From NCBI RefSeq assembly GCF_009914755.1, contig NC_060933.1: a stretch of 64,000 nucleotides of DNA; one strand, given 5' to 3'. Positions 1-17,020 of this stretch are shown here, one piece after another (the stretch's first letter is position 1; every line of letters begins with the position of its first letter). Source of the stretch: the human T2T-CHM13v2.0 reference genome, Homo sapiens. The notes under the pieces were generated by a model. It was not told the DNA's origin. It saw only the letters and a list, made by a program, of their open reading frames with translations, and did no database searches. Position numbers and translations under genes: made by a program.

Positions 1-870
1 CCAGGTGACTGCCTGCCTGGCATCTCCACGTGGTCCCCCATCTGCCACCCTGTGCTCCCATCTCAGGCAGGGCTCCCCCATCCACGTCCACCAGGCACCT
101 GACAGGGCCGAGGGAGCCACTCCAGGTTTCCCATTCAACCCCAAAGCCCCTGTCCACTTCAGGAACTCCCTACATGGCTCTCTGGTAACCCACCCCCTCT
201 CCCACTCCAGGATCCCAGCCAGGACCCGCTGTGCCTCTCACCTGCAGGGCACCAGCCTGGACCCTCTTAGCGAGTCTCCCCACAAATGATCTTTAAAAAA
301 TGTAAATCACTCAAGCCACTCCCTACTTAAAACCTTTCAATGACTTCCCCGTGGCTCTTGAGATTAAGACAAAAATCCTTTAAATGGCCCACAAGACCGT
401 CAACAGGGCATGGGTTAAATAAGTTAGGGTTTGCCCTGTAATAGAGGATCAGGCAGCTGTAAAATCAGGTGCTGTTGTTCCAACGTAGAGTCATCTCCAG
501 TCATGGGGTGGGGGTGGCGGTTGTAGAGCATATTAGCGTTTGTATAAAAAAGAAAGTGGAAAAAAATCCCAATCAGTCCTCATTACCAAAACAAAACAAA
601 ACCCCCCCAAAATACACCCAAAACCAGGCCGGGAGGGGAATGACAGATGCACTCGGCTTGGTGTATGTGGGCTTGTGTATGTGTGATACGTCTCTGGAGG
701 AGGGTCAAATGAAAGACCTGGATTGCCTCTGGGGAGGGGACCGATGGCTAGGCATGGGGTAGAGGAGGATGCAGAGAACGCCCTTTTGTATTTGAACATT
801 TCAGTATTAAATTATGGAATGCATTACCTCTTCAAAAACAAATTCAATAATTTTTAAGATAAAAAATGTT

Positions 871-1716
<846 letters not shown>

Positions 1717-2269
1717 TCAGCCCAAATCTCTGTCTTCCGAAAAGTGGCCTTCTCTGACTTGCTCCCCACCACAGTCCCCAGGATGGGCTGTCTCCCAGTG
1801 GCTTGTTCGCTGCTGTCCCCAGCACCCAGCACCGCACCTGGCACACAATAAGCACCGCATCAGTATTTGGGGGAATGGATGAAGTGGCAGGAAGAGGAGG
1901 ATACCCTGGGAACTCCATGCCATGGGGCTTGGGACGTGCCCACCTGGCCTTTGAAGGATGAGAAGCATTTTGCCAGACTCACAGCGGGACAGTATTCCAA
2001 GTAGAGCATGGACAAGGTACAGAGACCAGGTGGCTGGCTTTCTCTAGCAACCTGTCTGCTACCCCAGTTCTTCCATGACCAAACTGGGTGTATTGAACAA
2101 GTTACCTCCCCTCTCTGAGCCTCAGTTTGCTCATCAGCAAAATGGGGGTGTTGGCAGAGACCTTTCAGACCTTTCGGAGTTACCAGGGGTGGGGTCCGCA
2201 GATCCCCATAGGGAGGACTTGCGCACAGTTGGCGCTGGGTAAATGCTGGGAGAACTGCTGCGGGCGAGG

Positions 2270-2500
2270 GGAAAGGGTTAAAGCTAGGCGCTTTTTAATT
2301 GTCAAATGACTGCGGGCGATTAGCACTGGCAGCTTCCTCAATAATCGCTCTTCTCTGTACCTGCTGGGAGCTTAATTAAAAAACAAAGAGGCTCAATTTA
2401 AAGGCCATTACTATGCTAATGCGGCCGGGCGGGCGGTGATTAAGCGGCTCAGGCAGGCAGCGGGCGGCTGGGGCGGGGCATGGGGCGATCAGTTACCCAC
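2270..2500. promoter_or_regulatory. Candidate intronic enhancer (homeodomain/SOX motif cluster)
   Basis: TTAATTG, TTAATTAA (2372-2379), AACAAAG, CCATTA, CTAATG, GATTAA in ~200 bp of non-repetitive sequence with retained CpGs. Confidence 0.55.
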
Positions 2501-3429
2501 TAAATGGGCGGGCTGCGTGCCCTGCCTGTCCCGAAGGCCGAGCCCTGACCTGCCTCGCCTGCCCTTTGCCCGTCCCCAGCCAGAGCGCAGGAGACCCAGG
2601 GATGTGGTCCCCCAGATTCTCTTCTCCATCCCTGGGAGAGGGTCCCCATCTCTGGCAGGAAATGAGTGGCACCCACACTTTCATATACCTCCTTTTAATT
2701 CCTGCTCCTGCCCCCTCCTCTCCGAGCTCCCCTGGGCTCAGCATGGAGTCCTGCTCCTCTCTGGCACCCCCTTCTCAAGATATTCTCTCAGGCCTCTGTA
2801 GATGACTCAGCCAGGGGACTCATCTTGCCCACCCACTACTGCTATGTCTCCACAAAAAGCCCGGCACAACAGGTCACTGGCTAGAAGCAGGTATCAGGCT
2901 CCCAAATCTCTGGGTCATTTGCTTCCCAGTCCCCAACTACCTTTCCAACCTCCAGGAAGGCAGGAGAGTGTGGTGGTTACCAGCCCAGCTGACCTGGGGC
3001 CCCAGCTCTGCATTTCACCAGCCGGGTGACCTGTGTAAGGAAGAGACTCCTACCTCCGGTAGTGGTCATGAGGCATCAGTGAGGCCCCTGAGTGTGAAGC
3101 TCTGAGCACAGGGCTGAACTGGTTCCCGTGAGTGTAACGTCTAGTAGGAGCGTCTGCCAGCTTCATTCACAGCCTGCGTTCAAACATTCGAGCAGGAGCA
3201 CAGGGCATGTACTCAGGGCATTGCGGGGAGGAGGAAGCTTAGTCCAGATCTCAGGAAAGAGACTGGGTAGTAAGGCCCTCCATGACTGGGCTAACAAAGT
3301 TGGTGCTATCTCTGGCTGCATTAAGAGGAGCATAGGATGGGAAATAAGGGAGGAGATGGTTGGTCCTCCCTCTGGAGGAGAGAGCTACCATGCCTCAAGG
3401 TCTTATATGGACAGACTCAGGCTCATTCA

Positions 3430-4125
<696 letters not shown>

Positions 4126-4686
4126 TTAACCAAAGAGTCCATCAGCAGGATCCAATACAGGCAAAAACCTGATGCTAGAGGAAAGCTTTATAGAAAATTT
4201 TTCATGAAAAATAATTATCTCAATGAGAATAATTTTAGGGAAATAATGGGGAAAGTAGAAAATTATTTGACTCTACTAGAAAGAAAATTGATTTAAAAAA
4301 ATGCTTTAATGGAGTTTGTTCCAGAAAACACTTGCTCAAAGAAAGTTTATTAGTGTTGTTACAGCCCTAATTAAAATGCTATGGTCTATGTGCAGCAGTC
4401 CAAAATCCTTAAAGTCATAATGGTGGGGTCAAAATATCAGCTGGGTCAGCCACTTGGACACCCTAGTGGTACCCTGGAGATCTGACACTCCGCTCGCATG
4501 GAATACCTGCTCTCCCATTCTACCAGGAGCCCCCTGAAGACTGTGACCCTGCTGATTCCCCATCACCTAGCACAGAGCTTAGTCATGGTGGCTTGCTAGT
4601 GCCTACAGAATAGACAAATCATATAGTGAAAGTTTCAGCCCTTTCAGGAGGAACTGAGTCACTACATGGCGTTTGGCACAGAACAA

Positions 4687-5030
4687 GTAGCTAAGTATTT
4701 GTTGGACGGATGGAGGCATGGATGTTTGTATGGATAGCTGGTGGAGAGGGTGGATGTAGCTAAGTATTTGTGAGCTGGATGGAGGCATGGATGTTTGTAT
4801 GGGTAGCTGGTTGAGAGGGTGGATGGAGGGGGGATGGGTAATATATGGGTGGTGGATGGATGGGTAAGTGGAAGGATAGATGCATGCATGCGTGGATGTT
4901 TGTATGGGTGGATAGATGGTTGAAGGGGTGGGTGGATGGGGGACAGGTGGATAGATGGGTAGGCAGATGGGCAGATGAGTGGATGTATGGGTGGATGGAT
5001 GCATGGATGGATGGGTGGATAAATGGATGA
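4687..5030 (+). repeat. (TGGA)n-like degenerate microsatellite with a 69-bp internal duplication
   Basis: ggatggatgg runs; gtagctaagtatttg at 4687 and 4756. Confidence 0.85.
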
Positions 5031-7009
5031 TTTTATGAGAAAAAGAGAGGTACGACCTATCCTCCTTAGCACAACACACAAGGTGTCCAGCCTGACCTTT
5101 CTTTCTCGCCCACACTCCAACCTGACCACTGTCTCCAACCTGACCCACTATCTTCCTAACCCTGAAAATGGCCTCCATTCCCTTCATGCCATTGTGGTTT
5201 TTCAACTTCTCCCTCCCAGAATGGGCTCTCTGCTTTTCCACCTCTACACAGAGCCTGACTCTGGCCTCAGACACACACATTCCCATCCCAGCCCCAACAC
5301 TTCCCCCATTGGAATCCTCTGAACTCTTTGAAGTCTCCAGAAAGTCCTTCCTGCCCCACCACTCTGCCCTCCACCCGGCTAAGTTTGAATGTCTTCAGAC
5401 TGCCGTGGAGCCCCCACCCCTTACTGGGCACCTGGCTCTGGGCCTGGCCTATTCTGGCCATGCAGGGCCCCGGAGAGAAATCCAAAGGCCTCTGCCTCCC
5501 GTGGCCCGGGGTTTCTCACCTTCCACGTGCGTTGTCAGCCCTCTGGACTGTGGGCGCCATCATCCCCCCATAACCCTGGTGCCCCCAGCCCAGGCCAGAG
5601 GCCCAGCAGCTCCGTGCTGATGAAGCAAGTGCAGAGTTGTTTTGGGAGGTGGCCAGGGCAGATGAGGTTAAAGCAGGAAAGGGCTTCAAGAACAGGGAGG
5701 TCCAGGAAACCAAGCACAGAGACTGGGAGGATGAGCAGGAGCTGGGAGGCCCAGTGTGCCAGGCTCAAACCCCAGCTCAGACACTAAGCAGCTGTGTACC
5801 CTCTGCAAGCAGCACTTTCCTCTCTAGCAAAGAGAGTGATGTTGCCTACCTCGCAGGGGTCTTACAGAGGAGGAGTCCATGGGCAAATAAAGCCCAGAGC
5901 TTGCTATGTGGGCAACAGTCAATACATCTTAGTAAGCAATAATAATGATAATAATGAATGTTGGATTTGGCAACCAGGAGCTGGTGACCTCAGTGAGAAT
6001 GGGGGAAGGTACCTGGGACTAGCTCAAAAAGGTACCTGGGACTAGCTCAGTTTGATGAGCAGGTGGGAGGAGGAGGTTCCTACTGCAGACCAGGAGAGGG
6101 CCTGGCTCATGGTAGGTGCCGGGTAAACGTTAGATGAATGGGTGAATCACCAAATCATCAAATGTATTGAATTCACTAGTGAAGGGGCAGAAAGAAGGGG
6201 GAAGAGGGTGAACTCAAAGGTCATGAAATAGTACAGGTAAAGCCCTTCGCACAGTGCCTGGCACATCATAGCTCGCAGCCTCCCTGATGCCCGGTTGGTC
6301 CAGGATTTCCTGTGGCTCTTCTAGCCTGGACTAGAGTCCCAAGTTCAGCCAGAAACGATGCAGGGAAGGATGGTCAGAGGGATGTGATGCTCCACCTCCT
6401 ACCTGCACCTGACCTGTCTCGACAATGGCAGGAGGGCTCCTGCCTGTCACCAGGGAAGGTCTGGTCCCCACAGAAGCCTCAATATCCCCACCACCCATCG
6501 GAAGTCAGAGCCCCAAAGGTGGGAAACCAGTTGTCAGATGCCAAGCCACATGGACACGGCTGCTCACCCTGTAGCAGTGTGTCTGTGTAAGTGTATCTGT
6601 GTGATTGTATCTCTGGGTGTGTCTCCATCCTGGCAGCATCTCCACACAGCATCTCCAGTCTGTGCCTCTCCCTGAACTCCAACCTCACACAAGCAGCTGA
6701 CCCTGGACCTATCTGTCCACATGGCTGCCTAGAAGGCAGCTCAGACCTAACACATCCAGGGCTGCACTCCCTGTTCTTCCCCTGCCTCCCCACAGACGCC
6801 ATGTCCTCTAGTGGCAACTCCATCATTCCGGATGCTCAGCCAGGAGATCTGGGACTCATCCCTGATGCCGTCCTTTCTCCCACGTCCTCTCAGGCCCTGT
6901 CTGCCTTCACAAGGCTTCCCCTGCCCTCCTGGCTCTGAGCCAACACCTTCACTGTGCTAACTTCCCAAAGCCACTCCCTGCTCCTCCCTCTAACCCGGTG
7001 CCCCCCCTA

Positions 7010-7652
<643 letters not shown>

Positions 7653-8041
7653 CCTCCCCAGGGCCTTTGCACTGGCTCCTCCCTCTGCAAGGAGCCACTT
7701 CCCCCGATATTGTAGATACCATCCCCCAGGTGTCGGCTGGAATGTGTGTCTCATTCATGCCTCTGACTGTCCCTTCTAAAGCTGCAGCCCCATCTCTCTT
7801 CCCTGTCTTCACTCTTCTTTGCCTTGTAGTCACCATTCGTCATACTCTGTATGAAATGGATTTATCTACGTGTTAAAATAGATCAGTGTTACTGTCCTTC
7901 CGCCTATGAGAATGTCCTCCACGGGTAAGAAGGAACTGGGGGTGGGGGCATTGGGAGGGGCTGTCTCTCTTCTCACTGCTCTAGCCCCGCCTCCAGACAG
8001 CGCCGGCCCGCACATAGTAGACGCTAAAGAAATATTTGTGG

Positions 8042-8914
<873 letters not shown>

Positions 8915-11460
8915 CTAAGTGACAGGCTGACTCTAGCAGCAGCAGCCGTGACCCCCAGAGTGTCTAGGGTCCTGTCGCCTAGCTCCTGTGAACTGCAGCT
9001 CATCCTTCAGCCGGCATCATCAGAGCCCCGTCCCGCCCACAACCATAACCTCAGCCACCACACTGAGCGCTTACTGTCCGACATGCTCTACAGCCTGCCA
9101 TCCTGGGCACCTCGCCACCAGCCTAGGGAGGAGGTGTGACACAGGAAGGTCAATACATTATGATGATTACCCATAAGGTGGGAATTGGGGTCACCAGTTT
9201 TCAAATGGGAAAACCAGTTCAGAGAGCGGAGAGGGCTTGTCCCAAGTCAGGCAGCTAGGAAGTGGCAGAGCCGGGATTTAAATCCATTCCTTCTGCTCCA
9301 GAACCGGGTTCTTAGGTATGTGTTATGTCACCTTTTCCAAGAAGTCCCCAGATAGACTCTTGGTGCTTTCTGTGCCTCTCTGCTTGCCCAGCATGCCCCA
9401 GTACCCCATCCAAGCACGTGTCCTACGGGATGAGATTCTAACTCCATGCCCCAAGTCCATGAGCCCAGCCCAGAGTCAGCCTCCATGGGTGTTTGCTGGG
9501 TGAATGTGAGAGGGTGTAGCCGGTGGGAACAGAAGGGCTGCAGTGCAAGGGCCAAATCTCATGGTCCCCATGGAGGGAGGAAGGTGTTTCCAGCAGTGGT
9601 TGCTGCTGGGACCGTGGGCTTGGGCATGGAGAGGCCCTAAAGGAAACCAGCCTAGAATCTGCCTGGTCCCCAGTGCGGGGCATACCTATAAAGGGACAGA
9701 CAGACAGACAGGGAGAGCACAGACCCAACAGTGCAATTACGGGGCTTCAGACAAAAAAGGGAGGTGGGGAAGAGAAAGTTCCAGAGACAGACTGGGGAGG
9801 AGAAGAGAGCACACACCTATTAAGATCCCTCCTGTGCCAGACGCTGGGCCATGCCTTCCCACACTGGTTAAAATCACCAGATTCTCAATTACCAGGGAGG
9901 GACAGGTCAAACCCCCATTTGACAGAACAGGAATCTGAGGCTTGGAGAAGGGATGTGAATCACCCGAGGCTGTGCATCACCCGAGGCTGTGCAGCTGGTG
10001 ATGGAGGTGTGGCAGCCACACCTGAAGATGGAGTAGGGGCTGACAGAGCTCTTGAGTGTGCAGGGGAAGGAAGGGACACAGGACAGAGGGTCTGGTTGGC
10101 TCCCCTTGAGTCAGATGTCCAGGCCTGGTCCAATCACTTCCAGTCACAAGAGTCACTTAGTACAAACATGGTACCCCCCGTGGTCTTTCCCTTGGTACAG
10201 GGGATGAGGGTGCTTTTGGGGTGGGGGACTCCCAGCCCTGCAGGAGGCATGCGTGGAACTCCACTGATACAAATTCAACAAACCGGACCCAAGTTGTGTT
10301 GTTGTGAAGGGGCTGGGGGCAGGAGGGCAAGTTCACTTACCTTGTTACCTGGTGGCAGTTTCAGACCCCTAGGAGCAGAATACCTGGTGTTTTTTTGTGC
10401 TAGCTGGCTGCCCATTTAGTTTCACACATGGTTGTTCATTCATTTGACAAACACTAACCACCTCCTCCATGCCAGTAAATTAGACCCAGTATCTGATTTC
10501 TGGGTTGGTAGGGACTTCAGACGCACAAATAACTGGAGAGTGGCTGGGATTCTGGCTATCAGGGAAGGCTTCACAGAGGAGGTGACACTTGAATTGGGTC
10601 TTCAAGGATGAAGAGGAGTTTAGCAAGATGCAAAGGAAGGGGGCAGAGAAGCCAGGCCTTGGAAGCAGATGGAATTTTAAGCACTAAGGAGGCAAGAAGG
10701 GACTTGCTATGTTCAGGGAGTAGTGAGAAGCCTGGCCGAGAGAGCTGGGTGTCACGGGGTGGGTGGGGCCTTGAGTGCCACAGCGAGGTCTTTGGGCTTA
10801 TCCTGACATTTTGGGGTACTCTTGGACGTTCAGAAATGAAGAGGTTTGTAATCTAACTTCATGAGGAGGCAAGACCAAACTTTGGGTGTCTCTCTCCCAA
10901 CCTTCTGCTTTCTCTCTGAAGTGGTAGGTAGCAGTGTCCTGGACAAAGGCTGGGAGTTGCCCTAAGCTGTGGCGGAGGGGCTGGACAGGGTTGCCTTGAG
11001 GAGTGGAAGAGGTCTACTGAGAGTAGAGAGACCTGAGTGGAGTGTGAAGTGTGAATTGTTCTGAGAACTCAAGGAAGAGCCACATAAACTGTAAAGGGCA
11101 GTGACGGGGTGTGGGAATGGCACCCTCAGAGGAGGGTAGGAGATCTTGACTCAGCAAGGGTAGTAAGCGGAGAGTTAGGGTGGTAAGTCCTGGAGAGTTG
11201 ATAACAGTGATCATGATCACCGTTTATTGAGCCCAGCCCTGTAAGGCAGCCTCTGTCATCATCCCCATTGGACAGATGTGGACAGAGGCTCAAGAGAAGG
11301 GACTTGTGCAAGATTCCAGTGCTAGGAAGTGATAGGGCTGGGATTCCAAGCCCGGTGCATGCAGTCTGGACCTTAAGATCTGGGCATGAAGACCTGCTTG
11401 GAGAAGCTGGAGTGCTCCCAGGACATTAGGAAGCCAATGTTACTGGAGGTGAAAGAATCA

Positions 11461-11750
<290 letters not shown>

Positions 11751-12644
11751 TCAAATGCTCCTGAAAAAATTGGCTTTCAGAGTTTTGTTTATTAGCCTTA
11801 TGAGTTTAATAAATTGAGCATTAAACAAATAAACCCGTAAAAACTCAGAGGATATGGAGATATCTTCTCACAGCCTGGGACTCTTCAAAGGAGGGACATC
11901 CCTGAAAATGGAATTTCTTACTCCATAATATCAGATGATCCCCTGGAGGGGAAAAATGTGTTTGGAGGTAGGGGAGATGTGTATGGCCACCCCCACCTTC
12001 TGGAGGCCGGGCTGATGCTGAGTAATAAGAACTTGAGGTGAATCGGGCCCCAAGTCTCAGGAAGAGACAGACATGGGCATGGTGCCCAGGGCCCAGGGTA
12101 AGGGCAGCTTATGAGCAAAGGCACATGGAGATGCACAGAGCAGGGAGGGAGTATCTGGAGTATCTGGTGATGCTGCCGTGTGACCTTAAAAGAGTGACCT
12201 GGCCTCTGCACCTTTCTGTGCTCATCTGTAAAATGGGAATGGAAACAGCATCTTCCTTTGAGGGTTCTGTGAGGATTGAATGAGGTGATGCAGGCAGCTG
12301 ATAACTGAGCATTATTAGTCCTCAGTAATGTTCTGAGACTGATAACGGAGCCAGGAGTGCTCTGTCCAGATCAGGCCAAACAAGCTAGAAGGGCTGGCCG
12401 GAACCCGGGGTGGTGGTGAGAAGGAGGCACAGTGGGGCCCTGTAAACCCAGTCAGCGTCAGGGAGGCTGCCCCCAGGAATCATGGAGACTCTAGCAAGGG
12501 TGAGCAACAAAGGCGTTTTGGGCACACACCGAACAAAAGAAATGTGGGGTACCTGGAGTACCTTCTTCATGCCAGCATGGTGCCGAGGGCTTTAAATGCA
12601 TCCAGCCCCTGCCAACAACCCCATGGTCGGGGATGATCATTCCC

Positions 12645-12956
12645 TTTTTTTTTTTATTTTTTATATATTTTTTGAGACGGAGTCTCTCTCTGTCGCCCAG
12701 GCTGGAGTGCAGTGGTGCGGTCTTGGCTCACCACAATCTCCACCTCCCAGGTTCAAGTGATTCTCTTGCCTCAACCTCCGGAGTAGCTAGGATTACAGGT
12801 GTGTGCCACCATACCCGGCTAATTTTTTGTATTTTTAGTAGAGACGGGGTTTCACCATGTTGGCCAGGCTGGTTTTGAACTCCTAACCTTAAGTGATCCG
12901 CCCGCCTCAGCCTCCCAAAGTGCTGGGATCACAGGCGTGAGCCACCGCGCTGGCCT
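12645..12956 (-). mobile_element. Alu (AluS)
   Basis: Antisense dimer; tgatcattccc repeated on both flanks. Confidence 0.92.
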
Positions 12957-13369
12957 GATCATTCCCATTTTATAGATGAAGAATTTGAGGTTCAGAGAGG
13001 TCAAATGCCTTGCCTAAAGCTGCACAGCAAGGAAGTTATGGAGGTTGTGCCCGCCACACCTGCTGCTTTACACTGACAACTCGCTACATCTTCATGCTGA
13101 GATGCAGGCAGTGTTGTCCAGCCCATTGTATAGATAAGTGAGCTGAGGCTCGAGAAGAAAAATTACTTGCCCGGTCACCAGCTAGCAAGTGGTGGGACAA
13201 GGCATGGAACTCAAGTCCATGTGATTCCAATGCCACCTGTCTGTGGCTGGGCCTTCTTCTCAGTGGCTGGCTCCATAGTCCTCCGTGGTGGGAGGCACGA
13301 AGAGAGGGGGAATGGGGGCTCACAGAGAAGAGGGAACCCCGCTGGTATCCCCAACCCCTCCCATACACG

Positions 13370-13740
13370 CCATTAGTCGCTCTCACCCCAGCACAGTAGA
13401 CAAAGGCAGCCCCATAATTGGGAGTGAGTATTTCATGCATCCCCCCCGATGTTTTATTGGGTGGAGAGATGCTTGGAGACCAAACGGATGGCGCATTCTG
13501 TTTATAAAGTGCGCGCAGTTTGTTTTATTTCCTGAGTTTTTGCAATCTAGATAACAGATGATACCCTGAGTGGCTGGCGCTGCCTCTGTAATGGCGGCAC
13601 TGAGCCTTTGGAGAAGTATTAATAATAGATTGTGTTGATGAGTTTGGAGAAAGTAGCAATCGACCCCCTGCTGCCAAGGCATTAGCGCGGCTGTTCTGAG
13701 CACAGCCAGCACTGTGGCTTTGACTGCAAATGCAGGTCAC
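13370..13740. promoter_or_regulatory. Candidate intronic enhancer
   Basis: Dense CATAATTG, TTTTATTGG, TTTATAAA, TAATGG, TATTAATAAT and ACAAAG motifs in unique sequence. Confidence 0.6.
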
Positions 13741-14759
13741 CCGCCCTGCTGCCCCTTCCCCAGCCTAAGAAGGTTTCCTCTCCGGGAGTCACCCAAGGTG
13801 TGCTGACCCTGGCCTGGGACCCTGGGACCGTGGCGCTCCCACGCTAGCAGCGACACGGCCAGTGTCTGTCCACTCAGAGGCCGCAGAGGTCAGGCTGCAG
13901 ACCTTAGTGTGGCCACTAGGTCAGGTGGAGTGTGGGGAGGGGACAGAGGGGCAGTAGGGGTTGGGGGAGGACCACCCTCCATGTCAGAGCACCGGGTTCT
14001 ACAAACCCAGGCTCCTTCCTCAGCCCCTCGGGAGAGCTGGACAGCCAGCCAGATTCCTAGGGCCTCTGCCTAAAGCTGTCACTGACAGTTGGGTAGGTTG
14101 TGCCCTGAACAAGGGGATTCAGCCAGAGGGCCAAATTAGAGCCAAAATCCAGCCCACATTCCCCTTGCAGAGCCATGCCCTGCAGGCTGGTGGGGTCCAG
14201 CATGCCCAGAGCAGAGCCTGGCCTCAGCCTCAGCTCACCCCAGGCCTTTACTCACCTACTCTGTAAACACTCACGGAGGCCCCCTTGAGGATCAGATGGG
14301 GCCAGGTCCTGTCTCATGGAACCCTGGTAGAGGTGGTAGAGTTGGGCACCAACAGGGACATGCATTGTCATTCTGCTGTGATACCCGTGTACTGAGTTAC
14401 ATGCTCAGCATCCTCGAATCCTGACAACAGCCTTCAGGAAGGGCTTGACATCTCCATTTTACAGGAGTAAACTGAGGTGGGGGACGCTGAGGGGAGCATA
14501 GAGGAGGCTACCTCCCCCAGACTGGGGCATCAGAGAAGGCTTCCCAGAGGAGGTGGCATTGGAGTTGGGCATTGCAGGATGAGTAGGAGCCTGCTGGGTA
14601 GAATAGAGGTGGGTGGCAGGGGTTGCTGGGGGTGCCCCCTGCTGAGTGCTCTGGCCAGTGCCCAGGCAGCATGCAGAGCTCCAAGTGGCCCTGCCCACTT
14701 CGCCCCACCAGCTCGCCGTGGGCGGTTCTGACGGCAGCTCCAGGAAGGGAGGCAGGCGA

Positions 14760-14990
14760 GTGCCTCCCATTTATGGCCATTTCTGTTCCAGAACCGATTA
14801 GTAGAGAATTGCAGCTGTAATCTGTGCCCGTGATGGTGGGCCATAAAGAGGGATGGGATGTGCACAGCGCTCCCAAGGTGGCGCCCGCAGACATGGCCCG
14901 GGGACGCCGGGAATGAAAAATGGTTTTAATTCCCTCCCAGCAGCAATAATTTGATTCTTCATAAATTTTTCCATCAAAGTGTTGTTGAGC
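14760..14990. promoter_or_regulatory. Candidate intronic enhancer
   Basis: CArG CCATTTATGG, inverted TTTATGGCC/GGCCATAAA, TAATTTGATT, CATCAAAG. Confidence 0.55.
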
Positions 14991-15969
14991 TGAGTTCCCA
15001 CAGAGCAGGACACGTGACAGGGTGGGGGAGTGTCGGGAGGAGCGGTCAGCAGACACAGCAGAGGAGGGGCCGTGCTGCCCAGCCCTCCTGCTAGTGCTGA
15101 CCAGGGCCCGGAGACCACCTCTCCCGGCCCTCGTTTGTCTGCAGAGATGATGGGAGATGGGAGATGGAATCACGTTGTCATGTGGAAGCTGGATTAGGCC
15201 CAGCCTGGGAGTTGCCTCCAGCATTTACTACCCATGCGACCCTGAGCAAGCAACTCTGCCTCTTAGCACCTCAATTTCCTCATCTCTAAAATGGGGTTAA
15301 TGTTCATTCTTTTCTTGCAGGGTTGTTGCAAGGATTAAATGCGTCTCTGCATATAAGATGCTTAGAGCAGGGCTGGCACTCTATACGTGCTCAGTGAATA
15401 TCTGTTCGTGATGGAGATGCGTAAGCTGAGACGGAGGGATGGGAAGGTGTTAGCCAAGCCAAAGGACAGAGAAAGATGGGTCGAAAGATGGCTGCCATGA
15501 TAGTGCTCTGGAGAAACTGCAGGCTGTTCTTTGGGGCTGCAGCCTGGGGAAGCAGAGGGTAGAAAGGGAAGAGGCGGGATCATGAAGGGCCTTGAGTGCC
15601 AGCCTCAGGAGCTCGGATGGTCTCCTAAGGGCACTAGGGAGCCATGGAAGAGTCTGGAGCAGGGAAGCAGCTTGATCCGATTTGTATTTTAGAAAGATCC
15701 CCCTGGCTCCTGTGTGTGTGACGGTTCCTGTGTGGGCTGGGGTTTGAAGGATTGAAGGGGCCAGGAGCCCAGAGAGGGGACCAGGCAGTTGCTCGGGCAG
15801 GAGAGGAGGGGCCCAGGCTGGGCAGTGGGTTGGGCAGGGCTGGGAATTGCTTGGATGTGTTGGTGAGGGAGGATCAGAGGAGAGGCAGACCAGGGAGCTG
15901 AGGTAGAAAGGATCCTTTCCAGCCAGGGGCTGACCTGGCCCCCAAGGAAAGTTTGAGTGGACCCTCCAC

Positions 15970-15984
15970 ACTGCCCTCTTGTGG
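15970..15984 (-). promoter_or_regulatory. CTCF motif
   Basis: Minus strand CCACAAGAGGGCAGT, one mismatch to CCASYAGRKGGCRSY, preceded by TGG. Confidence 0.55.
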
Positions 15985-16167
15985 CCACCGTGTCTCTGAG
16001 CTGGAAGGGCCCTGAGCTGCCACGCCCGGGACAGGTGACTCTAGGCAGGATGCCAGCACCCACCCCAGGGCCACTGGGGGCCTGTAGGCAGAAGAATAGG
16101 GCTGCAGGGCCCTTCTGCTGTCTGACCTGGTGCCCAAGGAGGGCCTCTCCCTCCCACCTGGGCCTGA

Positions 16168-17020
<853 letters not shown>

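Noticed and set aside
4603-5286. 227-aa His/Pro-rich minus-strand ORF
   Set aside because: Translation of the (TGGA)n microsatellite
9523-10419. 298-aa + strand ORF in intron 2
   Set aside because: No recognisable domain, non-ATG start, and it crosses MIR-like sequence; expected by chance in GC-rich DNA
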